The notes: generated from the letters alone by a model not told the origin. A stretch of 55,942 bases of DNA, filler included, from Sphacelaria rigidula (GCA_964200075.2; 5 parts of 5 records of this genome joined end to end with filler, not necessarily neighbours in it); one strand, 5' to 3'. Shown: positions 22,995 through 36,152, counted from the first letter of the whole stretch. Program-made: numbers and translations.

Positions 22995-24690
22995 TTACCC
23001 CCGCTCCCTTTACAGGATACAGGTGAAGTACAAGAAGAGTAAAAGTAGGGCTCAAATGACAATCTCCTGGAAGAGGGGTTGGTAACGTCACGGTGCAGTT
23101 TATCCGACAACACATGTCTTTGCGTAGAGCCCCAAACCGTTGTGCACCAAACTATTCATCCGTACACTCCCCCCGCCATTTACCCCCCCTCCAAAAACCA
23201 CGTGTAAACGGCTTTGTTCAACAAGACCGACGCCCAAACAACTCACGTATTGGTGAACCAAAAGCGTCGAATCAGGAGAGAAGGCGGGCACAGGCGCACC
23301 CGGTAACGCTTCCGCCTCAAACAACAGTCGCGCCACCTCATCTTCTATGCTGCGCAGCTCGAGCAATTTGCCCCTGCCCGAAGCGAACCTTGACACATCA
23401 ACAGCCAGAAACACAACGGGTCAAACGTTTGCATGCAGTTCGTGGGTTTTTGCGTCGGACTTCAGAGTAGGAAAGGTATACGTGTATTGGTCCCCCCAGA
23501 GAGGCACTATTCGTACAGTAGAAAATAGCGCGATCGAAACCACACACCAATAACACGGCTTTAGCACGGAGCTCTCCATGCAATGCCGCCGCGCCCCGGT
23601 GGTCTGATGGTACAGTTGGAGCCAGTAGCTCGGAAGACGCGGGTTCAATTGCCGGTAGATCCGTTGAGGATCGTTCTAAGATCATCTGGCTTTGGTCGTT
23701 AAAACCATGAGGACGCACAGAGTGGGAACATTTTTTTACGAGAGTCGATGCGGTGCGGGGGGGGTGTACTCATGATCATGCATGCCATAGTCATAAGACC
23801 ATTGACGTGCGGGGGAGGCTGATCCAATCCGCCACATACCAAACGACAAGGGGTGTACTGCGGGAGAGCTGGGTTGACTGACCCCTTGAAGCCGCGGACT
23901 CGTCCTGAGGATGGGGGGTTGCAAGTGTGCAAAAATACGTATGTATACGTAGACGACTGGGGATATGTCCTACATCCGTGCTCTGAAAAATGGTTGCAAA
24001 AACAAACGTGCTCTCGCGTCGCTCGGCCCGTGCACAAAAACAAATTTCTCCACAAATCAACATCGTACCCTTCGTTAAACCAGATATCAACAAGTACATC
24101 GAACAGTCATCATTTTCCCCGAATACCTTCTCTAGACCGCTCTTTACATTATTTTGAGGCTGGTGGGGACTGCCTCCAGTACCCCCATGAAATCGGCGCG
24201 CGCCACTCCCCAGACCCCTCGGGATAGCAACCATGGCACACGCAAATAACCGTATCTCTACCACCTCATTAGCCTCTCACCAGACACAACGACCAAACCC
24301 ATTGACTTACTTCGGAAATAAAATTCCGAGTGTGTCCGCTCTCGGTGCAATCTAACCATTACCCTGATTTCGGGAGAACCAAGTGGCGGCTTGGCGTCCT
24401 CGAATCGCGGATATTCCACCGAACGACAGGTGGGTCGGGAAAAAGAACCGTTCTATTGTGTCAAGCACATCATGGGCAGAAGCTCATGAGTGTAGGGAGG
24501 TACGTGCACTGCGCCAAGTTCATAGGAGGTTTTAGTGGATGTAACACCCACACTGCCTTGAGCAAACCTTTTCGAACGCTCGAGGCGCCTACCCCATATG
24601 ACCGCCTCACGGAGGTTGAGCCGAGCCTCCGGGTAATCGGCATACGAACCCGTTCGCTCTTCGATCTTCCGATGAAAATAGTATGATTAT

Positions 24691-25067
24691 TAGAGCTCGG
24701 AAATGGTTTGTTCAAACATCGACCAGTTGAATGGTTACGCGTAGCGCACTCTTCAACCACTTAGATGGTACATAATGGTTTGGTCATGGGGCGGCGCAGC
24801 CACCAGCCAAAAAGCCCCCCGGTAGAGGGCCCCGCCGTGCGGAAGGCACGTTTTTACACGATTTGGCTTCACGAGAGCTAAATAATCATTTCGGTATGAG
24901 GAAATTTCCAAGGGCTGTATGTAGCATACATAGCCGGTGACGGCTTATGAAGCCGGTAACAGTGAATAATTGTTAGAAACCATTCTCAAAAAAATTATAT
25001 AACCATTACCATTATTACCATTGCAGTGATAATGGCCAGTTATAACTGGTAACATTTCCTAGCTCTG
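24691..25067. mobile_element. hAT-type MITE (377 bp), inverted copy of 11531-11936
   Basis: TIRs TAGAGCTCGGAAATGG...CATTTCCTAGCTCTG; TSD ATGATTAT / ATGATTCT (7 of 8 match). Confidence 0.9.
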
Positions 25068-27112
25068 ATGATTCTTCCTGACATCTCAATGAACCCAGCT
25101 TGACGCCGTGGGTCAGGTGGAGAAATGGTGTCACAGGCGATCGGGGGGCGTAATATACCCGTCATCGGTGGCACTGCTGGAGCGGCATTGGATTCTACGG
25201 AAGCACGGTAGGGAGCTATGCTTGACTACGGCCCTGGCATTGTGCTATCTCATGTGATCGCATGCGATGACAACCGACATAGTACACGGTGGAGGAAGTG
25301 TCGCTAAATGCTCCCATCAATCAGCTGTCCATCATCACATGATCCAGTCACACAGTGATGCACAATGATATACAACGATACACCGTGCAGCACAGGACAG
25401 CACGCTCTCGACAACGGTGTGCGCTCTCCCTCGGGAGAGAGGACGCAGGGCGTTGTCACGATTCGCTGGACACCAGAGAGCAGGTCATTTTCCCGACCCA
25501 CCCGCTCGTTGGTGAAAGGGCCGCGAAAGTAGAGCACGAAATAGCTGCATGGTTGCGGCGCGTTTGCCCCCGAGTTATGCGAAAAAAAGAGGTGATGATC
25601 GACGATTGACACATGCACAATGACGGTCAAACCACAACGCCAACCCATACCCTAGCCCTAACCCAAAGCAGACCGAGAACATTCGGGCAAGGTAGGTGCA
25701 TAGAGTGTTCTTGCCGAAATGCTCTTCGCTTCCGCACCAACGGCGCAAATTCGGAGAAAATAGCGTGCTGCGCACGCATGCTCAGGCTGGGCAAGTGCCT
25801 GGGACTGTGAGCATATGCTGGTCTAGCGTCAAACCAAGTTTATGTTCAACCACCGTTTTCTTCGCCGAACTGCGGTACACTTCATCGGCATGGTTCCCCC
25901 GAGAGAGTCGACAAGGTTGGTTGACTTCAAGACCGGACTCACTCGGAATTTCATTTTCCTAGTTCGTCGCCAACCCCAAGACGCTTGTTTTTTTGTTTTC
26001 TTCTTGACGTGGACAGAAATGGTACCAACTCTTGTGGGAGACACATGAAAATCAAAATCAGTGATGTTTCTGAACGAGAACTGAAAATTCAGCACTCATG
26101 AAAGGAAATCAATGACGACTTCGATCAAAATTGACCTACGAGACTTTGAATTTTGGTTTACGAGCGGGTGTCTGATCAAACTAGGCACCCGATTTTGAGC
26201 GCACGACCGACAATGAGGAGCTGTTCAAAATCGGGGGAAGATCTGAACGATGGGACGCGTCCTGTTTTACTGTGCTGCTATCTACACAAGCACACCCACC
26301 CCTTCTCTTATGCGCTACAGCTGCCACTGCATTGTGGTGTGTTTGGACCTTGCGAAGACGGTTTGGTCTCCGCTGGGAATGCCCAAGCTACTGTACCGTT
26401 GTTGTGTTCCGCTCTTTGCAAGAGAATTGTAGGCGGCCCGCAGTGCTGTCTTGTCAAAGTTGAAAATGTCAGATGCGTTTTTTTTGTTGGACACTGTTTT
26501 TCGAGACGAACAAGGCGCTTTGTGCCCAGACCCATCATTCCTGTGCAGTAGCTGACACTGAAGTGTGCTGAGTTTCAATCATGCGAAGATGGTTTGATGT
26601 GCGCTGGGGATCGCCGGATTTGCTGTTTTGTTGCTGTGTCCCCCTTGGTACAAAAATTGTACTCGGCACGCAGTCCTGTCTACACACTATCAAAAGCTCA
26701 TGGTGTGTTAGCTGTTGGGTCTTCTGTGACACAAGCAAGGCGTCTTGTGCCCACAACCATCAGTGTTAGGCTGTAGTTGTCGCTGTACTGTGGTGGGTTT
26801 GAGCCCTCCGAACACGGTTTGATTTGCGGTGGATATTGCCAGAGCGCTTGTAGTACTGAAGGAAACAGCGATCACTAGAAGATGCTACGTACATGAAAAA
26901 TAAAGGAGTCTCGCCAACAGCAGTGAACCCGTAGGTGTCGGCCGAGGGATCCGTGATGTCGCTGTATTTAATTTAGAATTCACGCAGGTCGGCCTGAAGC
27001 TTGGACTGCGGATCGCAACGTGAAAAATCCCCTCACTAACGTGGTCGTATTTCATTCAGTATCTTTTACGACAGACTCCGTCTGAGACCGCAAAATCGGT
27101 TTTCGCCTGCAG

Positions 27113-27700
27113 CGGGAGACGACAGCTGCTCAATAGACAGGAGAGCTCACCAATCATCTTCACAGAGATGACGTCCGGTGGCGCCAGGCTCGCACTGCCG
27201 GCTGAGATCAGCTTTTGGAAATCGGTCCATCAGACGGTGACCCATCGGTATAAAGATGTAGGTGTTAGATTCGTTTGTAATTTGAAATCTCCGACAGGTT
27301 CGACGTTCTTCCCCGTCATCTGAAAGTGCAACATCTATCGTCAGATGCCGCAGGAGACAATGGTTTTTGCGACATGAGACTCGCGAAATGATCTTGCCTA
27401 CTCCGAGATGCATCGAATGACGCGAGATTCGCACTGCGTGCCGAGATCGGCAAAAACATGACCCTAACAGGGTCATACTCAATTTAGGATCTGTGGCAGG
27501 TTCAGCATTTTTCTAGTCACCTGTCACCTGAAACGAAATATGACTTCCACATACCCTAGGAGACGATAGCTGCTCAGAAACGTGGTTGAGGTTACCAAAT
27601 GATCTCGCCTATACAGAGGTGCATCGAGTGGCGCGAGATTCGCTTCGTGAGCTAAGATCAGCCTGCGAGAGTCAAACGATCCAAGGGTGACCCATGTACA
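27113..27700. repeat. Three degenerate direct repeats of ~130-140 bp
   Basis: Blocks GGAGAC...AT.ATCT...GAG.TG...TG.CGC...TCGC...GAGATC.GC at ~27113, ~27351 and ~27557. Confidence 0.6.
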
Positions 27701-28519
27701 AACAACATGACACCTGTTTTCTATTTTGGTCGACAGAGACCCGTTCTCCTACCTAAGCGGAGGGGTCATTTGGGATACATTCTCCCGTAGTCGCACATGC
27801 AAATATCAACTTTGCCCATCGGCAGGCAAAATATCCGAACATGTGCATGTCGTTGTCGCTAGGGTAGCGCGTGAAGCATACTCTGGGAATCGCCGCACAA
27901 GATATAACACACACGCACACGTGCTGCCGACTCCTTGTGCCGTCAGTGAGACCGTAAGCTCTCTGCGTCAAAAGGGTGACACTGCGGAAATAACACCGAT
28001 GTCTTATTCGGAGGACAGATCGTCACATTGATCGTCTAGTCGGGTGCAGATGGTTCAGCACGAATCATGAAGGTGAAAAACGGTGAAAAACGTTCTCTGA
28101 AATTTTCCCCAACGCCCAGCACATGAGTCGACCAACGATACCCGGCAGTCCGCTCACCGTCAAGACGTGATAAAAACCACCCAACGAACAGATTTGGTGC
28201 TCGTGCGTAGGTAGTGCTGCAAAACAAATGAGAAGTCAACTTGGATATCATCGATTGGTTCAGATATGGGTTGTGTCTATACACCCGTTCGGTTCAGATT
28301 AATATTCAGACTCACGCAAAATTGGCCACTCGTCAAAGGGCATAGCCAGACCACCCCCCGTACACCTATGCACCCGAGGGCGCACCGCACCATGCACGGA
28401 CCATCTCTATGCCCACAAGGCACGATTTACAACTACTTTCTGGAGTAAACACCCGTAAGTAGTATAGATCTATCCAACCATCTATAGAAGAGATTGCGTC
28501 GGAATTTCCCAGCAGCCTC

Positions 28520-31500
28520 AATAAAAAAACTATGTCATCATCGTGGTCGTTGGCCACTTCGGATGCCGACTCCTCGCTGCCCGACCCGCTGCATTCGAAA
28601 TCTTACTCTCCTCTCGGCTAATGATTCCGAGCGCATTGGCTAATGGGCTCGTCTGGTCTATCGTCGCAACAACTGCGACTGGCAGTATCTCTTGCCAGAT
28701 CCGATCCCCTTGAACCCCCACGACCCTCCCGTCCTCGCGCCGGCCCGGCTCCCCATCACGATGAATATGAAGAGCTGTCCCCGACGCGTTGCTCGAGCCA
28801 TTCGCCTGACCACTCGGACGGTGCGCTGTGGACTAGCCCCTCCCACTCTAGGATCGGCCGCGTGCACCACTACTTCCGCCCCCGGTATCAGCGGTGGGAA
28901 TCACGCCGATCGCTGGCGAAGGGGATGGGGGCAAGAAGCAGTCACCCTGGCACCCCCAGCTCGGCGTGTTCTTCTCCAAACTCGTGCACCCTCGGCATTT
29001 GCGACTTCTCTGCGCCGCCTTTGCTAGATTGCATGAATATCTCAGGGTTCCCGGAGCTGTCAACATACGTGAGGCTCTATAAAAAACAACTTTGTCGCGT
29101 GTGAGCTTCACCACCCCGCTGCTCGCAAATTGTTCACCACCCTTGCGATGAATCCTCTTTTCCGGTGCAACGCCCCCACCCTCGCCGGTTGAAGTCCACC
29201 GTGGGCATCCGGGCCCGAATACCGCCCCGCCCCCACCTCCCACTTTTCAAATGCGCCGTCAGACGTACCCGTGTGCTTCCTGCAGGTGTCCAAGTCGGGG
29301 CAGCAGAGAGTGAAGGCATGTGCCCATGCACTGCTGTGATAACAAGCAGAACTTGTTCACCCGCGACTTCAAGTCCTGCCGGGACGTGGTGAACAGCAGT
29401 CCCGGGTACGCGGCGATATGCGCAAAAGCGTTTCCTTACCTGAAATACAGAAGAGATCGTGGCTAGCAGTTCTACACCCTCGTCGACATCTGCCCTCAGG
29501 ATACCCGTCTTTGACCACCTGCATCGGTCTTGTGCACAGATCCCGCGTTCGCAGGTCCTTCAGGAAAAACAAAATCATATCTTGAGGGAATGAATCCAGC
29601 ATAGACGTGGTACGAAGTCGCATTCAGTCAACACGTAGGTTAAAACGGACAGTTCCGCTGTCAGAGATTGCGTCCGCCGAGGATGCTGTCGGTCGGGCGG
29701 CCAAGTGTTCTCGTTCCGGTCCCCCACAGTCTCAACCGCGCTGTATACCCTGTCCACTAGTACGTGTCGGGGGTACCATTGACGAAGGGTATGAACTTGC
29801 ACCGCGTCTGAGCCCTCCGGCGTGGTATATACGGAGGACATAGCCACGAGTACAGGCATTCACTGATCAGTATCGATGGAAAGTACGAGATAGTTATTTG
29901 AGTGCTTCGCGAACAAACCTCCCCGAGTGGATGATCAAGTGGACCGCAGATATCTCTCCCTCATCTTCACCGGGCACAGCTGCACTGTGGGGGCTCTGAT
30001 CAGCTCTGGAACTCTGGGGAAGGGGCTTCTTTTGAGGTGGGATGGAACCTTGTATGGCACATTCGGGGACCATTCGTTCGCCCTTGCTGCCCACGAGCCT
30101 ACGGTGTCGGGATCGTCGCCTACAAGCACCAACAGCTCGGTGCCAGCGTCCGTCGATGCAGTGCGTACCTTGGCCGCACGGTAGGCTTAGACTGCTGGGT
30201 ACCCGCCCTCTGTAACGGTCTGAGGAAGTTGCCTGTGCGCCTCCACCGCGTAGTCGATGGCATAAACATGTGCTAAGTAGTATGCATTTTAGGTGCTCTG
30301 CATCGAGACAAGCAGACCTTATCCACTCCACGGCAAGACGTTTGTCGGACTTCCCTAAACCGGAGTAGGCACACGGCCGGACCGGATCAAACGGGCAAAG
30401 AGGGAAGCAAGAGGGAAGGATAAATGCGCGTCGGGGAGAAGTGCACCAATCACTCTGCCCGTTCGGAATACTCTGTGTGAGTACGTGCAAAATAATCTCA
30501 CGCTGATGTACGACGTTGAGTATTCATGCAATAATAGACAGAGGAAGGTTCTCAGTTGCCTGTGGCTGAGGGGGTGGGGGTGGGCATGCTCGTTTGCCGG
30601 CGTTTTCGCCAACAGACCTCTCATCAGAGGTAGATATCCCTCTCACCTCCAAGAAAATTGAGCATGTTGAACGGGAGAGACGTTTTGAGCTTGGAAGGTA
30701 CCCACCCCCTCCTCACCATTCCGGCAAATATTCGGACATCCCCACAATCCCTCGCGAAGCAATCAGCAGCTCCTGGGTGTACATGTATTTGTTCTCAAGT
30801 GTTGGACTTCAACGACGAGTTCCTGAATTGCCTCTTCGTCGGTTTGGTCATGCTGCTCTTCGGCGGGATCGTGTATACCTTCTCCATTGTTGCGCCCTTC
30901 TTGGCCTCGAGGCCCAACACGTGATACGTGATTTCAACGTCCAGTTCTTCTGAGACACTTCGGAGCACGACAAATGGCCACTGCCTGCGGATCCCTGACC
31001 GCTCGCCCATCCAGCGCAAACAGGACCTCTTTGCCCGCTGGCAAAAAGGCGGGAGTACCGTGTACGCTCCGATAAGCCGTGATTGCGTGGGATTGGTGCT
31101 TGAGGAACAGCTCTCTTTCGGCGTTCCGACAGGTGTCCTCCCCGGAGAATAGTTGCTCACCAACTCTACCTGCCGCTACCTCTCGGCATTCGGCGACAGG
31201 GGCAAACTCTTGCAGCGCAGTAGGAGTATTCCTGCCGGTGACTTTGCGGAGAACCTCTTCGACATCTCCTGCCGCTCGGAATCGATTTTGGTGTTGTATA
31301 TCACGTTCGGACTGCCCCGCTCGGCGTCTAAGTAGGCACACAGACGTTGCATCCGACGAGTAAGCCTTTGGGATCCTCCACATCTAACGTGAGCGAACGT
31401 CCCGAAGGGAGGTGGGTGGAGGGTTGGAACATCAACACTATTGATTCAACGGGTGTTTTTCATCCTGTGCCGTCCCATGTCAACGGAGGTGTGTTTGTGG

Positions 31501-31720
31501 CACCATATCTGATGTCACAGCGTGCGATCATGGCACTACTGTAGTACCTTTCAACTTCACAACTCGGAATCCGTGTCAATTTAAACCCCACTGATCTCGC
31601 CTCAGATACAAGGTCGTTTGACCCCGGGTGAGGCTCCGAACATGCGCTTCTTTCACCAATAGGGGTACTTGGAGCGATGTGATCTTTGTTGACGGACGAC
31701 GCAACCAACAAAATCAAACG
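28520..31720 (-). pseudogene. Decayed coding-like tract of unknown identity, possibly transposase-derived
   Basis: GC-rich, protein-like segments in shifting minus frames, broken by stops (e.g. FCQRAKRSCLRWMGERSGI, ENKYMYTQELL, AYYLAHVYAIDYAVEAHRQL, acidic tail SEESASEVANDHDDD). No intact ORF and no recognisable catalytic motif. Confidence 0.3.
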
Positions 31721-32817
31721 TGACTCAGGGCCCTAGTTAGCAGGACCCCGTCCTTCGAGGTTTGGAACCCCCAGCCATGCATGCACGACTACTGGCCATG
31801 GAAATTTATTCTTGCAGTCGAGGTAGTAGTTCAGCACCAAGCCATATACTTCGCATATTGTACAATGGTCTGTGCTGCACTGCACTGTGCTATACTGTAC
31901 TGTACTGTACTGTATGAGGCACTCCACAATACTCATGTACTAGTTTGGAGAATCATTTTCAAACGTCCGTGAACTCGTTTCATCTACGGTATCGATGGAG
32001 TTCAGCAAATACTCTTACAATGGAAAGTCTGTACCCTCTGGACGATAAAAATTTCACCTTGTTTCTGCCGATTGTGTCGCGCGAGCGCGGTGCTCTCCCG
32101 GCTAAATTTCACGGGGGGAGAGGGGAGTGTTCACCGTTAACCGCACGAGTTCTGTACACACTTGATGCATACATTACTGCATTACTGTTACCGTTGCAGT
32201 GTGCGAGAGGTACTGCCTGTCCATACGTCAACACACCTCAACCGTCCTTGCGTTCGCTCCTTCCGCTTGGGCGATGCTGTCTGGCCCGGTGCTGCAAGTA
32301 CAGCAAGTGCGGACCCTCCTCGCGATATCGGGATATTTGCCACCATCCACCGTTTCTTGCGGAGGCGTTTATAAGTATTTGTTTAAAAATCGCGCTCGGC
32401 GGAACACTGGTACTGAATTGTTGACACATACCCTTTGATCCAGCCTAATCAAAATATATACAAGTGTACGACACGTGGCGCAGTGGTTTCCGAGCCACCC
32501 CCGCCCCGCCCCCTTCCCCCCTTCAGAGCATTCTAATTCTCACCAACGCCGTCTGATCCACATGCAGTAGAGTGCAACACCTCAGGCGCCTTTTTTTATC
32601 CTTGCTCAGTGTGATATTCACTTGATGTTCACTTGAATCGGTTCCCTGGGATGCAGGAGGTACTTTTGTGCCACAGTGTTGCACGCGCCGTGCCGCAGCA
32701 CGCATTGCTAAAATCGGCGCCCCGGTCCCGATTCGAGCAAAAACAAACACACCGTGCCTGATGTAGCCGTGATTGCACGCCCCCTTTGCTCGAGGGTTCA
32801 CGGTTTGCCCTCGTTGA

Positions 32818-32845
32818 GGTAAGGGTTAGGGTTAGGGTTAGCATT
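32818..32845 (+). repeat. Interstitial telomere-like (TTAGGG)n tract, part of a dispersed repeat
   Basis: GGTAAGGGTTAGGGTTAGGGTTAGCATT, with related degenerate CCCTAA tracts and the same adjacent motif at ~20575 and ~25645. Confidence 0.7.
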
Positions 32846-33017
32846 AGCGCTAGGACGTGGGTGGGTTATAGCCTGTATGGAGATCCAAAAGGCGGCGCCC
32901 TCCTCGGATGTTTACTTCAGCAACCCCGGATAGCTTGGATGATCATCATCCTGCCTAAGCCATTATAACCCAGATTTACGTATCACCACCTCACATCGCC
33001 CGGCACGAAATAATCTC

Positions 33018-33157
33018 CACACCCTGTACAATAGATTCTCTTGTAAAAAAATGTACTGCGTACAGTATGGAAAATATATTGTCTATTGCAATAGGCACAA
33101 TAGTCTATACTGTACGCGGTACACTTTATGACTGTGTATTCTGTTGTCCAGGGTGTG
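33018..33157. mobile_element. Palindromic MITE (140 bp, family C) with 8-bp TSD
   Basis: Ends CACACCCTGTACAA...TTGTCCAGGGTGTG; internal palindrome TGTACTGCGTACAGTAT...ATACTGTACGCGGTACA; TSD ATAATCTC/ATAATCTT. Confidence 0.85.
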
Positions 33158-33528
33158 ATAATCTTTCCGCGTACAGGACAGCACCGTGCCGTACAGTTAA
33201 TACAGGACATCAACACGGTTAGTACAGTACACCTCACCAACGCAGGCAGCCCAGATGTACACCCTACTGCCCCCTTTTATGTTACTTGTCCTTCAATCAC
33301 CCCCTTGTTATAGGGTCGTCAATGGTATGGGCGACGATTGACACGCACTTCAGCGACATTTCCAACAGATCTGTGTCGAACAGGGGTCCTTCATCAGTGG
33401 GTGTACTCGTGATCTTGGCATGCCATAGCCACAGGGTACCAGACACTTCCTACGATAGCCCCCCCCCCAGAACCAGCTCAAAGTGTCACGAAAAAAATGG
33501 CCGTACAGCGCTTGATGTTTGGGTTCAG

Positions 33529-33628
33529 NNNNNNNNNNNNNNNNNNNNNNNNNNNNNNNNNNNNNNNNNNNNTTAATTAATTAANNNNNNNNNNNNNNNN
33601 NNNNNNNNNNNNNNNNNNNNNNNNNNNN
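33529..33628. other. Artificial contig spacer
   Basis: N44-TTAATTAATTAA-N44. Confidence 0.99.

Positions 33629-33691
<63 letters not shown>
33629..33691. repeat. Poly-G run at contig end (homopolymer or sequencing artefact)
   Basis: 63 consecutive G directly after the spacer. Confidence 0.9.
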
Positions 33692-33693
<2 letters not shown>

Positions 33694-33750
33694 ACGCAGA
33701 ATGTGTAGATCAGTTTGGGGAAAGGATATATCACAATGGAGCTGAAATCA

Positions 33751-34466
33751 TGTAAGGATATGGGTAGACACCCCAACTGATGAAGACAGTTGGATTATAA
33801 ATTTACCGAGGATCAGCCCTTGTAAGCTAGCCCGACAAGTTCTCTGGCATACACGAGTACCTTGGTAGTATGATATAAACCTGAAGGAAACGTGACATGT
33901 CAAACCAGTTTAGAATACCCTAAGTAAACGGCACCAGTTCCATACTGTCTCTTCCAATAAGGGCTGGTCCGCACGTAGCCAGACAGAAGTCGGATGTGAA
34001 AAGTCGCTCGAAACTCTCGAGATGTGTTTGATTAGCTTCTACGGTTCATGGCTTTTTGCTGGAGATGGGAAAGTGGAAGCACGGTGAGTTCAAGGGGGCG
34101 CAAGGATTCTCGCCAATTGAATATACACTACTTATGTGAAAAATCACTCTGGCCATCCCATAAATCTGACACGTCACGATTCTATGCTGGACTTCAAGCG
34201 TCACCGAGTTCTCCTCCTGGATACTAATGGCATTATCTGGACGCTACTTCAACCGTCTTGGAGTTTCAACCTTCTAGCAGCAGCCTCCGTTGCACGTCAT
34301 TTAACGTCTATTACATCGACCAGATGTCTCCACCATCAATCTATCCATATTATACACGTACGTATTCGCCCAGAGATACTCTACTACTACTCACCGGACA
34401 TATCCATGTCAACCGTGGAGCATGACGGACGGTCGATTCATAATACTGGGCCGCCATCCGATCACA
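33751..34466. mobile_element. LTR-like repeat, copy 1 (~715 bp, TG...CA)
   Basis: Starts TGTAAGGATATGGGTAGACACCCCAAC and ends CCGCCATCCGATCACA. A diverged direct copy lies at 35454-36152. Confidence 0.75.
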
Positions 34467-35453
34467 TTTGCCCAACCTGACTGGTGGCGATTGCAGCTCC
34501 TTTTCCGAAGGAACGAAGGCGCCACAAGCCTTTCCTCACTCCCACACCACAAACATTGTAGACTAAGTTAGAGTTCAAATGACTGTCGATGCGAGCACAT
34601 TGAAGTATAGCGAGTATGACGAGAAAACGAGGAAAAAAACTAAGGAAAAAGAAGAGCTCCTTGATGTCGTTAGCCTTCGTAGGCATGGCACGGAAATGGC
34701 AGACATTCCATCGAAACGATTTATCATATACTCCCACTATTTTATCATTCCTAGAACAGGTCACCCCTTGAGGAATTTCACGTATGTTCAGCTTCATTGG
34801 TGGGAATAACGAACAAGCAGCCCGCCAAGGCATTTAAATCACCGAGCAGTTAGTGTGTGCTAGTCATTCGATTCGTCCATCGGCGGAAGCCAACAACGTG
34901 TTGTCGACTCCTGCGGACAAAAGCGCCTTTCCGCGAATACAATATGTTGAAAAAACACAAGCAATGCTGAAAAGCCAACTCATTGTGGATGAGTCAACTT
35001 TGGTACATGCTGCTGTAGAGTGTCACACGTTGATAGACACGCCTGGTTGGCGGTCCAGCCGTAAACCAAAATGTTTCACATACCCACCGATCTACAGCCG
35101 ACTGTCAAAGAGTGGTTAGATGTCCGTTGATTGCAGGCTGCATGCATAGTGGGACGGTCTTTTTGCTCAGACGAATAAAGCCCAAATTGAGCGGGAGAAC
35201 CGTGGGAATTTTCAACCTGCGCAACAGCTCGCACGGGTTCGACGTGAGGTAGACGCTGAACGCCAAGCTCTGGCACACAGCTAAAACCGAGAGGCTCGCG
35301 TGCTTCGCAAATCGGGGTAACTACAACGTACGGCGGAGCAACTATACCAACAAGCGCTTCAAAATTTAAACACCGCTGCGGAACAATTGATCCTTCCGTT
35401 ACCTAATCTAATCTAGGTGAACAGTTTCGCCGCCTCCCAGCTGAAGCCCCATA

Positions 35454-36152
35454 TGTAAAGATATAAGTAGACACCCCAACCGATAAAAGACAGTCGATTT
35501 ATTGATGTACCGAGAATCAGTCCTTGTCAGCTGGCCTGACAAGTTCTCTGGAATGCGAGAGCACCTTAGTTGTAGGATATAAACCTAAATGAGACGTGGC
35601 AAGTCAAACCAGTTTAGAATGCACCCAGTACACGGAAGCACTTACTCACTGTCTTTTCCAATGAGGACTGGTCCACCCGTAGCCAGACGGCAGTCGGAAG
35701 TGATGAGATCCTCAACGTCCTGTAGGTGTGTTTGATGAGCTTCTGCTGTACGGTTCCTAGCCTTTTGTTGGAGACGAGAAAGTGGAAACACGATGAATTC
35801 AAGGGGGCGGTGAGACTCTCGTCGGCTGAAAAAGCTCACTCTTGTCATCCCATACATCAAACACGTCACGATTCTATGCTAGCGTCATTCGGTTATAACC
35901 CAGGATACTAATGGCAGTATTTGGACGCTACTTCAACCATCCTGGCGTTTCAACCTTCTAGCAGCAGCCTCCGTTGCACGTCGTTTAACGTTTAATACAA
36001 CGGCCAGGTGTGTCCACTAAAACCCTGACCATAGTATACACATAAATATGGTGGACTAGAGATGCTCTTCTCCTACTCGTCAGTTATACCCATATCAACC
36101 CTGGACTATCACGGGAAGTCGGTTTATAATACTGTCCCGCCATCCCATCACC
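35454..36152. mobile_element. LTR-like repeat, copy 2 (~700 bp)
   Basis: Starts TGTAAAGATATAAGTAGACACCCCAAC and ends CCGCCATCCCATCACC. Colinear with 33751-34466. Confidence 0.75.

Noticed and set aside
32818-32845. True chromosome end
   Set aside because: Only about three perfect hexamers, internal to the contig and embedded in a dispersed repeat.
33573-33776. Poly-proline ORF
   Set aside because: It is the translation of a contig-end poly-G run and N spacer.
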